A stretch of DNA of 63,898 bases, counting the filler, from Folioceros fuciformis (Eukaryota): NCBI GenBank assembly GCA_049999805.1. It is 6 parts of 5 records of this genome, joined end to end, with 100 filler letters (N's around TTAATTAATTAA, not from the genome) between each part and the next. Parts side by side here need not be neighbours in the genome. Positions count along the whole stretch, not along the records: positions 29,830 to 43,569 come from JBNGIO010005757.1; positions 43,670 to 54,013 come from JBNGIO010005758.1; 4 more parts are not named here. One strand, 5' to 3'. Below are positions 37,251 through 49,094 of the stretch, piece by piece. How positions within the stretch are numbered: the first letter of the stretch is position 1; each line of letters starts with the position of its first letter. Under the pieces are notes generated by a model. The model had not been told where the DNA came from. It saw only the letters and a program-made list of their open reading frames with translations, and searched no databases. Made by a program: the position numbers and the translations under genes.

Positions 37251-40200
37251 TGTTAAACTAGCGGAAGCTTGTTGTACAAACAATACAATGAATTGATAAA
37301 ACAAAAGAGAGTATATGAACAAAATTTGTGTCTCTTGAGTTAAGGTTGATAAACCTAAGTAACTTAAACTAGGTTGGGTTTAACTATAAAACCCTCAACA
37401 CCCCCACTTAAACCTAACTTGGTTAAAAGGACCTTCCTATAGAGTACAATTATGTAGGGGCATTATGCTCCACCCACTCTACTCACTACTTCATCGCACA
37501 TGGAACTCCTGATAGTGGCCTTCTTATGCTACGCCTGCTTTCTCTGCGGTAAAGCCACACAGCACAGAAAGATGAAGACACGCTCAAGAGCAGCGCCAAG
37601 CGAAGAGAGAGGTCGCGCCAACAGCTCGAGGTCATACCAGATGAAGAGAGCTAGCGGAGCTGGAGACCGCCCAGCGCGAGGAAGATCGACAACCAGGCGA
37701 GCCATCCAAGCTCCTGCCCCTGAAGCGATTCCTGTCGAGGATGCGCCGCCACCTGCTCTGCGCCCTGCTCATCTGAATTGGGACCCTATTCTGGAGCTCG
37801 AGTCCTCTGTATCCTTGTCTCCCTCAGTTGCCAGTATCACCATGATAGACACAAACACTAATAGCACTGACGAGGACGAGGCAAATAGTGAGCCTCGTCG
37901 TAGGAGCTGGTCATGGGATGCAACCCCCCACTGTCCAGAGTTTGTCCAACCATATGAAAACCACGATGGCAACCTTGGGAGAAGTGGAGAAGCTCTTGGA
38001 CCTGAAATAGGAGGAAGTATCTCGGCAGCAGGCTGCCTTGATAGCTAAGCTAGCTGCCCCGACAGATTCTGGTGACCAGAAGAAGATTGAACGTGAGAAG
38101 AATAGGGACTGCAGCGTATGTGCCTACAAAAGAAAACTATGCCCTCTCTGTGGGAAGAAGCTTTATCAGGTAAATCCCCTACTTGTTTTCGGTTGTCACC
38201 TGTCCATGATTTAATGCACTTGCCGCTTCATCCACTGAACAGGAAGACTGGACTGACCTAACAACACTCATCTGTGTATCTGGACAGGATGGATATGAGC
38301 CCAAAAATAATGAAGACTAAAGAGAAGAGTACACTGCACACAAGGTTCCACCTAAGTGTGTGCACAGAGTGTAATCAGCTAATAGGCTAGAGCTAGGTCC
38401 TTTCTGCTCAGACAATGCCCTTCATGCTACTGTTAATACACAAACTCACGCAGACCTAAGGCTGCAAGGTGCTGAAAGTGCTTAGACTTGGACAGTCCCT
38501 TTGTGAATATGTCTACTATGTTATCATGCGTGCAGACATACTCAACTTTTACTACACCCCTCTCGGCTACGTCCCTAATGTAGTGATGATATAGCTCAAT
38601 GTGTTTAGCACGAGCGTGAAACCTAGGGTTAGCCACGAGAGCAATTGCACTCATATTATCACAGTATAACCTTGTTGGGCCTTGTTGGTTTTGCTGTATA
38701 GACTCCAAGAACTGCCTCCTTACAGGCATCGGTTAAGGCCTTGTATTCCGCTTCAGTGTAGGAGAGAGCCAAGGAAGCTTGCTTTTTGCAACTCTAGCTA
38801 ACTATTCCAGATGACAGAAGAAAACAGTAAGCCGACAGGCTCTTCCTAGTGTCTGCATCAGAGGCCTAGTTAGCATCTGCGTAAGAGGTGAGTTCCAAGC
38901 ATCTGTTGCCACTCACTGAGTACTGTAAGCCATAAGTAAATGTGCCCTTTAGATAGCGGTAGATTCTCTTGACGACTGCCCAGAGAGCACGTCCAGGCTG
39001 TTTAAGAAACTGGGAGACCATACTAACTGAGTAGCTTATATCGGGGCACGTCCAATTGGCTAAGAAGATAAGACAACCCACTGCCTCGGCATATGGGATA
39101 GCACACATGTCCGCAAAATCCAGCTTGGTATGAGGAGACTGTTCTGCTGTCAGCTTTTCCCCCACTACTGAGGGAGTGGCCACTGGACGAGCATCCTGTA
39201 AGTTGAATCTCTTAAGGATCTCCTTCAGGTATTTAGTCTAGTGGAGAGTGATAGTCCCAACTGCCCTACTGCGAAGGATTTGAATGCCGAGACAAAACTG
39301 TAAGTCGCCTTGATCTATCATTTCGAACTCTTGACGAAGCATGTCCTTAACTTTTTCCAGCTGCACTGTGCTGTTACTTAACATAACACAGTCATCCACG
39401 TACAAAGCTAGAATTACAAAGAGGGCACCAGCAACTAGAAGGAAAACATTATTGTCAGCAGGAGATTGTAGAAACCCTAACTTCTTCAGGTACTTCATAA
39501 TCCTCCTGTACCAAGCCCTAGGTGACTGCTTTAGACCATAGATCGTCTTGAGGAGTTTACAGACCCTTTTAACCCATTTTTTGTGAATGAACCCTTCAGG
39601 CTGCTCCATATATAAAATCTCTCCGAGCTCACCATGAAGAAACGTTGTACAAACATCCATTTGCTGAACTTCCAGGTCGAACTCGGCTACAAGAGCAAGA
39701 AGGATTGGAATAGATGGAGGCTTCACTACTGGAGAAAAGGTATCACCATAGTCTAACCCTGGAATCTGACTGAAACCTCGTGCAACTAAGCGTGATTTGT
39801 ACCTAGCTGCAGTACCATCTGCTTTTAACTTAGTCTTGAATACCCATTTGCAACTAATAGGCTTTCTGCCAGGAGGAAGATCAACCAATTCCCAGGTGCC
39901 ATTTTTTATCAAAGACTGGTACTCATCATCAATGGAAGCTTTCCATTTATCACCATCAGGCCCATTGATAGCCTCTTCGTAAGTTTGAGGGTCAGGTCTT
40001 ATTGGTAGGATAAAATAGGTTTATTCATATTATATATCCAGCATTTNNNNNNNNNNCGCCTTGCCAGATCTCGATCTCCTTGCCTCCTCGATCCTAATCT
40101 TTAGGTCTGACGTCTGGCACATGTAGATTAGAGACCTGTACAAACTGTCTACGAAAATCCACTGCCTGGTAAGGAGGTTCTTCCCAATTCTCACGAGTGC

Positions 40201-43200
40201 GTCTTTCCCTGAATGAGTACCTTGGCTGATGATCAGCAACAGGTGCAACTGGTGCAGGTTTAGGCTCAAGTTCTTCAGAATGAATTGAAGGGACAGATTA
40301 TTCATCATCCGCAGTGCTGGAAAGAGATTCCACATCGTTTGCATCTTCATGTATGGAGGCCTGATCATCTGCAAATTCCCCCACGTCATATGCAGGAGGT
40401 ATGTCATCACCTATTGTTGGCGGTGGTTCAACTTCCAGATGTTGATCAGCTGCAAACAAGTCTTCATGGGTTGGGCCCTCTCCATCTGATTGAGGATACT
40501 GGTGAGGAGCAGCATCAAGGACTGCTTGTTCTGACATTTCTTCTTCAGACAGAGAAGAGCCTGCAAAGTCAGAACTCTGGCCAACAGAAAGATCATGATC
40601 AAGAGGTCCACGGGACTGAGTAAGCTCACTAACAATAACGCTCCTAGCAAGTACAATCTTAAAAGTATTCTTGTCATACAGTTTGTATGCCTTTGATTCC
40701 TCAGAGTAGCCCAAGAAGATAAGGTGAAGCGACCTGTTGTCTAACTTACTGCGCTTGGCTTCTGGAATATAGGCAAAAGCTGGTGATCCAAAGACACGCA
40801 AGTGAAGCAGACTAGGTTTTCTGCCCCAAAGGGCTTCATAGGGAGTGCGACCAGGCAATGCAGAGGTAACAACTCTATTCAGGATATACGTAGCTGTCAT
40901 AATTGCCTCTGCCTAGAACTGTTTAGGTAAACCAGCCCAAGACAACATGCTCTTGGTCATCCCCTTAAGCATTTGATTTTTCCTCTCAACCACTCCGTTT
41001 TGTTGTTGCGTGTAGGGCACCGACAGTTGCCTCACAATGCCAAACTGCTGAAATAGGTCATCATACTTGTGCCCTGTGAATTCTCCTCCATTATCTGTTC
41101 TGAAGCATTTGACTAAGTAGCTAGTTTGGCGTTGCACCATAGGGATCCAAGCTGCAATTGTATCAAACACTTCACTTTTCAGCTTCAGAGGAAAAGTCCA
41201 CGTAAACCTTGAGTAGTCATCCGTGAGAGTAAGATAATACTCAGCACCGCCGAGTGACTTAACAGGTAACTTCCCTACAATGTCTACATGGATTAACTCC
41301 AGAACTGCCTTGGCCCGATTAAGAGTTTTGTTCTTAAACAGAAGCTCCTTCTATTTTGACAGAATGCAAGAACTGCAGGGAGCAAGATGTTTAAAACAAG
41401 ACCGGAGTCTTTCCCTATAACAATCACAGGTAGACATAAAATCCACCTTAGCTTTGTTCACATGACCAAGTCTAGCATGCCACAGGTGAGCTTGAGCGTG
41501 ATAAGAAGATGTAAGTGCTCTAGCATGCACCTTAGATGTTGTGACTAGTTGGTAAAGGTCATTAACAAGAACTGCCTTCGCTACATGTGATTCAGGATCA
41601 GAAGGATGATATAAATAGCAGTCCCTGTCCTCAAAGCGAAAGCCTAACCGCTGATTCTGAGCTATAGCCCTAATTGACAACAAATTCTTGGACATAGTGG
41701 GCACCTACAAGACATCATGCAGACGCAAGGACTTGCCAGCTGCAAGAGGTATTTTGACTGTCCCACTGCCTTTTACCTCCACTCCACGAGAATCTCCTAC
41801 ATATACTAACTCTGGTGTTTTCCCCCGCTTCACGTGGAAGGTGGAGAAGAGCTCTCTGTTGTTGCACACATGAGCAGTAGCACCAGAATCAATAAACCAC
41901 GTTGAGGAGGTCTCCTTGGACGAAGTGAGACACATAGTCAGGACTGTGCTGCTACTCTTAGGCTGATGTTGTCCAGATCCTTTGCTATCCTTGGAAGTCA
42001 CATGGGCCTCAGATCTAGGATCCTTCTTGGGTTCCCCTGCTTTCTTCTTCCAACAGTCACGTTCCCAGTGACCTGGGATTTGGCACCAATTTCAGTTTCC
42101 ATGCCGTTTGATGTTGGACGAGGTACTTGATGGAGGTGAGTTCGAACTCTTCTTGCCATTCGCTTTCCCTCGACCATAGGTTTTGGCTTGTGCAGCATAG
42201 AGCACCTTCTCTCCTCGGACGCGAGAGGAGGTCCTTGATTTGTGTCTGCTTTGCTCCTCTTGCAGGAGGGCACCAACAACACTATTGAAAGTGACAAGGG
42301 GTGGTTTCTTAGCAGCAATAGCAACGAATGATTCTTGCAGGGCTGCGTTCTGACTAGAGATGAAATTCTGGAAGCTTGGAGGCAGGCTGGATAGAAGTTG
42401 AGCAACAGCATCCACCTTCGACATAGTACTTCCCAGATTCGCCAGCTGCGACCTCAGGTATCGAAACTTGACGACATGAGGTCCAACTGCTTCTCCATCA
42501 CGTAGTTTTAGTTGAAAGAAATCATTTCTCGCTGCTACCAAGGTTAGGATATTTTGTACTTGATAGGTATCCTTCAGCTGGGACCAAACTTCTGCAGCAG
42601 TTGGTAAGGACTCCACCTCTGTCACTGTGGTTTCGTCTAGTCCAAAAAGAAGGACAGCAAAAGCGACTTTATTTCCTTTCACCCACTTATCAACATCACC
42701 TTGTGTAACACCTGGTTGTGTTATGTCAGGTTTGGGAAGTGATCCATCTATGTATTCCCACATATCTCGAGCATCAACGAAGGCTTTCATTCGAGCACAC
42801 CAGCTTTCAAACCTACTAGACTTCCCAGCAAATCTGTCCTTCTCCTTGAAGTCACCAGAGTACGTGACTCCAACAGAGGTAGACACATGTGCAACACCAG
42901 TTGACATGTTGACAGAGGTCTGTTGATTAGTTTGGTTGGTAGGAGTATAGCCAAATGACCCAGAGATCAGACTATCTAGATATCGTCTAAGGAAGTTTGA
43001 AATTTCTGCTTGCTCCTCCTGTGCAGAGTCAACACTACTTATAGATGCTGATCGAGCGTGGGGGAAAGCAAGATCAGAGTCAATGTCCTCAGCAGACATG
43101 CTCTAACAGGAAACGATGTCTATAACCATGGCTAGTAGACCTGAAACCCTAAAAACGAAACGTCAATTGGGTTTTCATGACGGTTGGGATTCACCTGACC

Positions 43201-43569
43201 CTAAAATGGAGTGGGAAAGGGTGCAACTAACTCTAAACCGACATGTAGGCTGAAGCAGACGCGTTGAGTTGCAAGAACAGCGAGGAGGCAATGCCTATGA
43301 TCACAACTCTCTGTATCCTTTGCCACGCTGTCGCCACAAAGAGGCGGAAACACTCCCTCGCGCGCCTGTTCAGATCTGTGACCGGAATTCAGAGAGGAAT
43401 AATGCAGTCTTGAACTCGACCAGGAATCTGCACTGCCAGATTAGTTCCAGCTCCCAATTCTCCTGAATTTTCACTTCGATTGCTTGCAGTCGAGCCGCTC
43501 ACAGAAATTACATTGATGACAGAGTCTTGAAGCTCCGAGATCTGCTTAAAGAGAAGCCTTAAATAGTGC
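37251..43569 (-). mobile_element. Ty1/copia retrotransposon, nearly full internal region plus ~150-bp 3' LTR (37251-37400), degenerate
   Basis: gag 43099-42092 (FKEKDRFAG), WFIDSGATAH, LWHARLGH, RTDNGGEF, RT 39912-39238 (YGLKQSPRAW, YVDD), RNase H 38729-38433, PPT aagtggggg at 37409-37401 then TGTTGA...TTAACA. Confidence 0.95.
37500..38048 (+). CDS. Hypothetical antisense ORF in the copia 3' region
   Basis: 182-codon ATG-initiated ORF between RNase H and PPT on the opposite strand; no recognised domain. Confidence 0.3.
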   Translation: MELLIVAFLCYACFLCGKATQHRKMKTRSRAAPSEERGRANSSRSYQMKRASGAGDRPARGRSTTRRAIQAPAPEAIPVEDAPPPALRPAHLNWDPILELESSVSLSPSVASITMIDTNTNSTDEDEANSEPRRRSWSWDATPHCPEFVQPYENHDGNLGRSGEALGPEIGGSISAAGCLDS

Positions 43570-43669
43570 NNNNNNNNNNNNNNNNNNNNNNNNNNNNNNN
43601 NNNNNNNNNNNNNTTAATTAATTAANNNNNNNNNNNNNNNNNNNNNNNNNNNNNNNNNNNNNNNNNNNN

Positions 43670-44499
43670 TCTTTCGCCCAAGGCGCATCCAAGGACCACC
43701 TCCACTCTGGGTTAAGCGGTAAATTGCGACCAATGTCTTGCTTTAGCCGGATATCAGCAAAGAGATGACCCTCCTTCTGATAGATACCACTGAAAAATTC
43801 CACCTCCTTACCCTCCTTGCCTACAAGGACCCCTCCGATATACAAGAAGTCAAGAATCTTGTCATGCCCTTCATGCAACTGATGTAGTGTAACGACAAGA
43901 GGGAGTTGTTCCCCCTCACCTCCTATCACGACCAGAAAGGAAAGATGGTCTTGAACCTTTCTCATAACCGTTAGGTTGATCACAAAATGTCGGCCTTTTC
44001 TCCTTGATGTGCCTTCCGCCTTCCTAAGTTCGTGACCTCTTAACAAGTGATACACCTCCTGCCCTATAGGAGGGTACCCATCCTGCACCCTCTTAGCATG
44101 CACCAAGTCCTTGTCCAAGGAGTTAGACGAAGAAGTGCTTCCTTCATCCCCGGAGAAAACAGCCTGCACTTCATGCCAGATTGTATCAGCATCCTCATCT
44201 ACCTCAGCACAAGGAGTGGAGAAAAGATCTTCCTCGGAGGCGAACACCGCGTTGTCTCTCATGATGGGACTGGCACATTTTGTGGGGCTGTTACCTACCA
44301 CGGCGAGTTTACCGAGACACGCAAAGTCATTTCCATCCATTCCAGATCCTTGTCCTGCTCCATAATTGTGGTGACTGCGGATTACCAAAGGGGCGTTCCC
44401 CCCGCCAACAGAAATCTTCCCAAGAAACTTGTGACCACCCCTTATTCCTTCCAGCACCTTAAGCTTTTTCCCTTTCGGGGAGGTGATGTCCAAAGCCAT
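43670..44499 (-). CDS. Uncharacterised ORF (>=276 codons, runs into gap), probably repeat-derived
   Basis: Long stop-free frame from ATG 44499; no motif recognised. Confidence 0.3.
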
Positions 44500-44542
44500 G
44501 TGTTACACGGCTTTGTTCAACGCCTTCCTTGCCTTGGCCAAG

Positions 44543-47082
44543 TGTAGAGGGAAAAACTATTCGCAAACCCCTTTTTGAGTGATAGATTTGGTGGATTTTG
44601 GTTTTTTGTGTGAAGTGAAGGAAAAAGCGGCTTGGGTTGAGAATAAAACCGAGGTATTTATACCCAAAGTCTCCTTGGGCCATGGTACTTTGGGCGAATC
44701 GGTGGCCAGACCAAGTGTCTAGGGGTGGTTGGTTGTCCTTGGCCTTTGGCGGAGGGGGGGGGGTACAAGGAGGTCTATATATGCACCCCCCCCTTAAAAA
44801 TAAGAAATAAGAAAGGGGCCTGGGAGAAGGTAGTTGTGGACTTAGGCTGGAAAATAGGGATGCTGTGACTCGGCGACAACAGGTAGCCGAAGTTCGACGA
44901 CGATCACCGAAGGACAACGCCGGTAGCCGAAGGGGCTACCGGTAGTCGAGTGACAACGGAGGTAGCCGAAGGGACAACGCCAGTAGCTGAAGGAGCTAGC
45001 GGTAATCGAGCGACAACGGAGGTAGCCGAAGGGAGACGACGGTTGCTGAAACCCTACCTGCACCAGGAGGCCTGGAATAGCAATAATTGTAGCCAGAGTA
45101 ACAAGAGGCAACCAGCATCCTTGGAGGGCAGAGAGTGGACAGCCAGGATGGGTCAGCCAGCAGCAGGAGTGAGGAAGGATTTGCCCAATCAGCAGCAAGG
45201 AGGGAGAGCCTGAAGATTTTGTGTGGCAGGGGAAGATAGGCCAGAAGAATAAATAGGAGGAGAGAGAGTGGCGTTGAGGTAAGCCAAGAGTGGTTGCATC
45301 TGAAAATAGTATTTAGATAAGATTTGGTAAGATGCTATTCTGACCTGGTGCCGCCTGCCATTAAGAGCACTTTTTTTTAAAAGTTGACTATTTTAGAGCT
45401 AGACTTTATGACGGGCTATGGCTCCCGCTCTTGGAAACTCTGTACAAAAGGGGCCTATTGGTGCCTCACTGATTAGCAAATGTTTGAGACTCCTCCCGGT
45501 TGAGATCCCCTGAGCTGTCCATGGCGAGACTAGAGAGGTCTGGGTGAGGCAGTGAGTGCGAGACGCTCCTAGGGGTAGTTGAGGATTTTTGCTCCACAGC
45601 TGAAAGTGAGGAGGACGAATCCATCGTTGCTGGATTGGAAGGAGCACCTTCTTCCCTTATTCCCTGAACGGCCAGTTGTGTTTGCAGTGGAAAGTGAGGG
45701 GGACGAATCCACCGCTGCTGGAGTGGAGGGAGAGCTTCTCCTTCCCTTATTCCCTGAGTTGGTTGACTGCATTTTTAATCTGGAGCTGAAGAGAGTGTGA
45801 GTTGAGAAGGAGAAGGAGTGTGTGAGAGAAGAGAGTGTGTGGAGAAGAAGAAGTGTTGGAGAATGCATGAGAAGAGTGAGTAAGAAGAGGAGGAGAAGGA
45901 GGCTGAGGAGCTGGAATGAGTTGAGAAGAAGAGAGTAAGGACTGATTTTTGTCTGTACCTGAGAAGAGGGGGACGAATCCACCGCTGCTGGAGTGGAGGG
46001 AGATTTCCTCCTTCCCTTATTCCCTGAACCATCAGCTGCGTGCTAAATCTAGTGAGGAGAGAGAGCTGGAAGACTGAAGAGAGCCGTGGAAGATTGCTGG
46101 AGAAGATTTGTTGAGAAATCATTGAGAAATTGCTGGGTGATTGTTTGCTGAGGTTTGGACGAGATTGCTGGGGAATTTCTTAGGAATCTCTGGATGTTTG
46201 TGGAGGACTGTGGAAGGCTACTGATGTTGCTGTAAGATTGCTGGAGACATTGTTGAAGAGCTGGAGAAAACGGGTGAGAAGATTGCAAGAAAATGGAGGA
46301 AGAATGCTGAAGATTGGATGCGAAATCTGGAGAGTTGCTACGAGATTTTGAGGTGTTTGTGAGCGGCTATGGAAGCCTATGGAAACCCATGAGAGATTGT
46401 AAGGGATTGTAAGGAGTTGTGAAGGATTTGTTGTAGATTGGTGGGCATTGTTGAAGATTGAAGCCCTTGGGGGCAGGCCTGTGAGAATAATTGTGATCCA
46501 GAGCTCTTATGTGTGTTTTGTATGTGTGTGGAGTGTTGCATGAGTGAGTGGGGAGGAGTGGCTGATCCGCAAGGCTTTATTCCCCAAGGATCAGCCCTTG
46601 CATGTGTGGGGAGCATGGAATAACCTAGCTCTGTGAGTCTGGAAGGTTTAGGGCAGAAACCCGTGGCTGGAAACCCGTGGCGGCGCCTGCGCTGGAAATA
46701 ATTAGGTAGGGTTTGGGGTGGGACCCACCACGGAGGTAACCGAAGCGGCTACCGGTAGTTGAAAGACGACGGAGGTAGCCGAAGCGCCTACCGGTAGTTG
46801 AGACCCTACCTCGGTAGTTGAAGGGTCGGTAGTTGTAGAGACCCCCACCCCAATAGCCGAGTAGGTTTGTTAGGTAGTCCAAGGACGGAGGTAGGGGTAG
46901 TTGAACCTATAGGTAGTGGAGCTGGGGTAGTTGAAGTCCAACCTAGGTAGTAACTGACTTTTAGAAGAAACCTGTATTATTTGACACAAATCATTCCCTT
47001 GGGATCGAATCCTAGTGCTATAACGACAAAGAGGGTTTGTGTGGACCTCGCAGCACCCTTGGGTGCAATATTTTCCCCCACA
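44543..47082 (+). repeat. Complete ~2.5-kb LTR (probable solo LTR) of the Athila-like family
   Basis: Starts TGTAGAGGGAAAA and ends TTTTCCCCCACA (imperfect terminal inverted repeat); homologous to 29830-32190; no PBS after it and no matching target-site duplication (ccaag vs catgg). Confidence 0.78.
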
Positions 47083-47130
47083 CATGGTGACAATGATCTC
47101 ACTACCAACGTAGTGATCGTTCATGTGCAG

Positions 47131-48038
47131 ATGCATATTCTCCTAGAGAGATGTTTGGAATTTCCACTTTTGTGGTAGGTGTAACATTGCTAAGAAACCT
47201 TAGGTCTTACCACTATACCGACATGTTGGTGCTTTTGTATGTAAACCTAGAGATGGGGGACACAACTAAGTGGGCCATCCCAAGGCCCTCACTAGGGCCA
47301 TTTCAGCGAAAAGATAAGGATGAAATCACTCCAATTCTTAATGTTTGTACAAATTGAATCTGATTTGAAATGGGTTTGTGAAGATAACTTGTTGTCGATG
47401 CATGGCATTGCTCCTATGAATACCCACCTATTGATGTGACCTTCTGCTCTTATACTTGCCTAATTGTTGATTCTCTTTGTACATTGATTCTCTTTGTACA
47501 TTATTGCATGTGCATTCTAAGTTACAAATCAATGTGTAATGCTATCTCAAGATACTTGCATTGACACTTGATGTTGTTAGCTTTTATATTAACTCTCATT
47601 TCCTTCACCAAGGTTGCGAAGGGCGTGACTAAAATCCCGCCCACTGGAGCTATTTTCAGCGATGGTACTACCGACAACTTTGATGGCATCATCTTAGCTA
47701 ATGGGTTTAGAAGCCATGGGGCCAAGTGGTTGCAGGTAGTCATGAGCTACCTAATTTGTGTTTGCTAAAACTAGTTATGCTTTGCATTTGTTGATTATTA
47801 GTAACCCTTTTTATGAATGGATGATAGAGCAACTCTACATTTCGGCCTGATGGAATTCCCATACTTCCTTTCCCTCATGGATGGAAGGGTGACAACAAAT
47901 TGTTCACAGTTGGGTTCACAAAGAGAGGCTTGAAGGGAGCATTAGCGGATGCACAATTTATCACAATGTATCTAAGCAATTTGCAATCCTCCATGATGTC
48001 AAAACATCTCACGAGGCTCCAATCTTCAATTGCCTAAT
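47131..48038 (+). pseudogene. YUC: YUCCA-like flavin monooxygenase, C-terminal exons only
   Basis: MHIL/REMFGISTF...GDTTKWAIPRPSLGP...TPIL; exon ~47612-47735 FSDGTTDNFDGIILANGFRS..KWLQ; last exon DGIPILPFPHGWKGDNKLFTVGFTKRGLKGA. Frameshift near 47145 and stop at 47355; 5' half absent. Confidence 0.85.
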
Positions 48039-48092
48039 GAGGAATTTTATGGAGCTCGTTGCTAAGATTGTTATAATGTTATAGTACCTATC

Positions 48093-48330
48093 TATGATCC
48101 TTCATGTATGTGCTCTTAAGTTTACAAATAGGATGCTCCATGTATGTGCTTGGAAACATACAACTTGGTAGCATCCTCTATGTATGTGCTCTTAGTAGGA
48201 TCCTCCATGTGTGTGCCCTACAAGTATGATCCTTCATGTATATACCTTATAAGTAGAATCCTACATGTATGTGGCTTTAAGTTTACAAGTAGGGTGCTCC
48301 ATATATGTGCTCTAAAGTTTACAAGCAGGA
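48093..48330 (+). repeat. Degenerate ~35-38-bp tandem repeat
   Basis: Repeated atcct(t/c)catgtatgtgctcttaagtttacaagtagg units. Confidence 0.75.
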
Positions 48331-48732
48331 CAATAAATTTGGCGTGATAGAGAATGGAGACATTAGACCCACATGGTAGCCTTTAATAAACATGTTGTAA
48401 GAGTTTTGCCCAAGTGTATTGTTAATGCACTTGACCTTCCCTTACAAGGCAGTGACGAGCTATGGAAAATCTTTCATGCTTTATTCCCATACAGCGAAAT
48501 ATGTTTAGCAAAGTCACAATGCATAGGCTTAGACTAGCACTATGTTAACTTGGCTATTTATGTTGCATCGAGAAAATGAAAGAAAAGATGTTGATTTGAT
48601 TATTAACAAGGTTGCTATCTCTGTAAGATATATTAAATTCAATATATTTTTGTTGATAAAAGAAGATATGTGGAGGGTCTTTCGTTGACACTTGAGGATT
48701 CACCAACACTCAGCGATGTACCAACCTGTCAC

Positions 48733-48956
48733 CACCAACTTTAATATTGCACTGCTGAGACCACTTCATAACATACCAACTTTAATATTGCACTACTGAG
48801 ACCACTTCATAACATACCAACTTCAATATTGCACTGCTGAGACCACTTCATAACATACCAANNNNNNNNNNTACCAACTTCAATATTGCACTGCTGAGAC
48901 CACTTCATAACATACCAACTTCAATATTGCACTGCTGAGACCATTCATAACATACC
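48733..48956 (+). repeat. 41-bp tandem repeat (>=5 copies, spans a small N gap)
   Basis: accaact(t)(t/c)aatattgcactgctgagaccacttcataacat units head-to-tail with no spacers. Confidence 0.92.
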
Positions 48957-49094
48957 TATAAGAACTGCCAAAGGACGTACCTAAGCCTTTGCAGCTATAG
49001 AGCCCACATCAACCTCTACAACTATGAAGCCCACATTTGACAACTTGTAGCACAACCATGCCACCACCATCATGATTGCAAGAGCCTCTAACAT

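Noticed and set aside
48733-48956. 41-bp repeats as a CRISPR array
   Set aside because: Units are head-to-tail with no unique spacers, there are no cas genes, and the context is eukaryotic.
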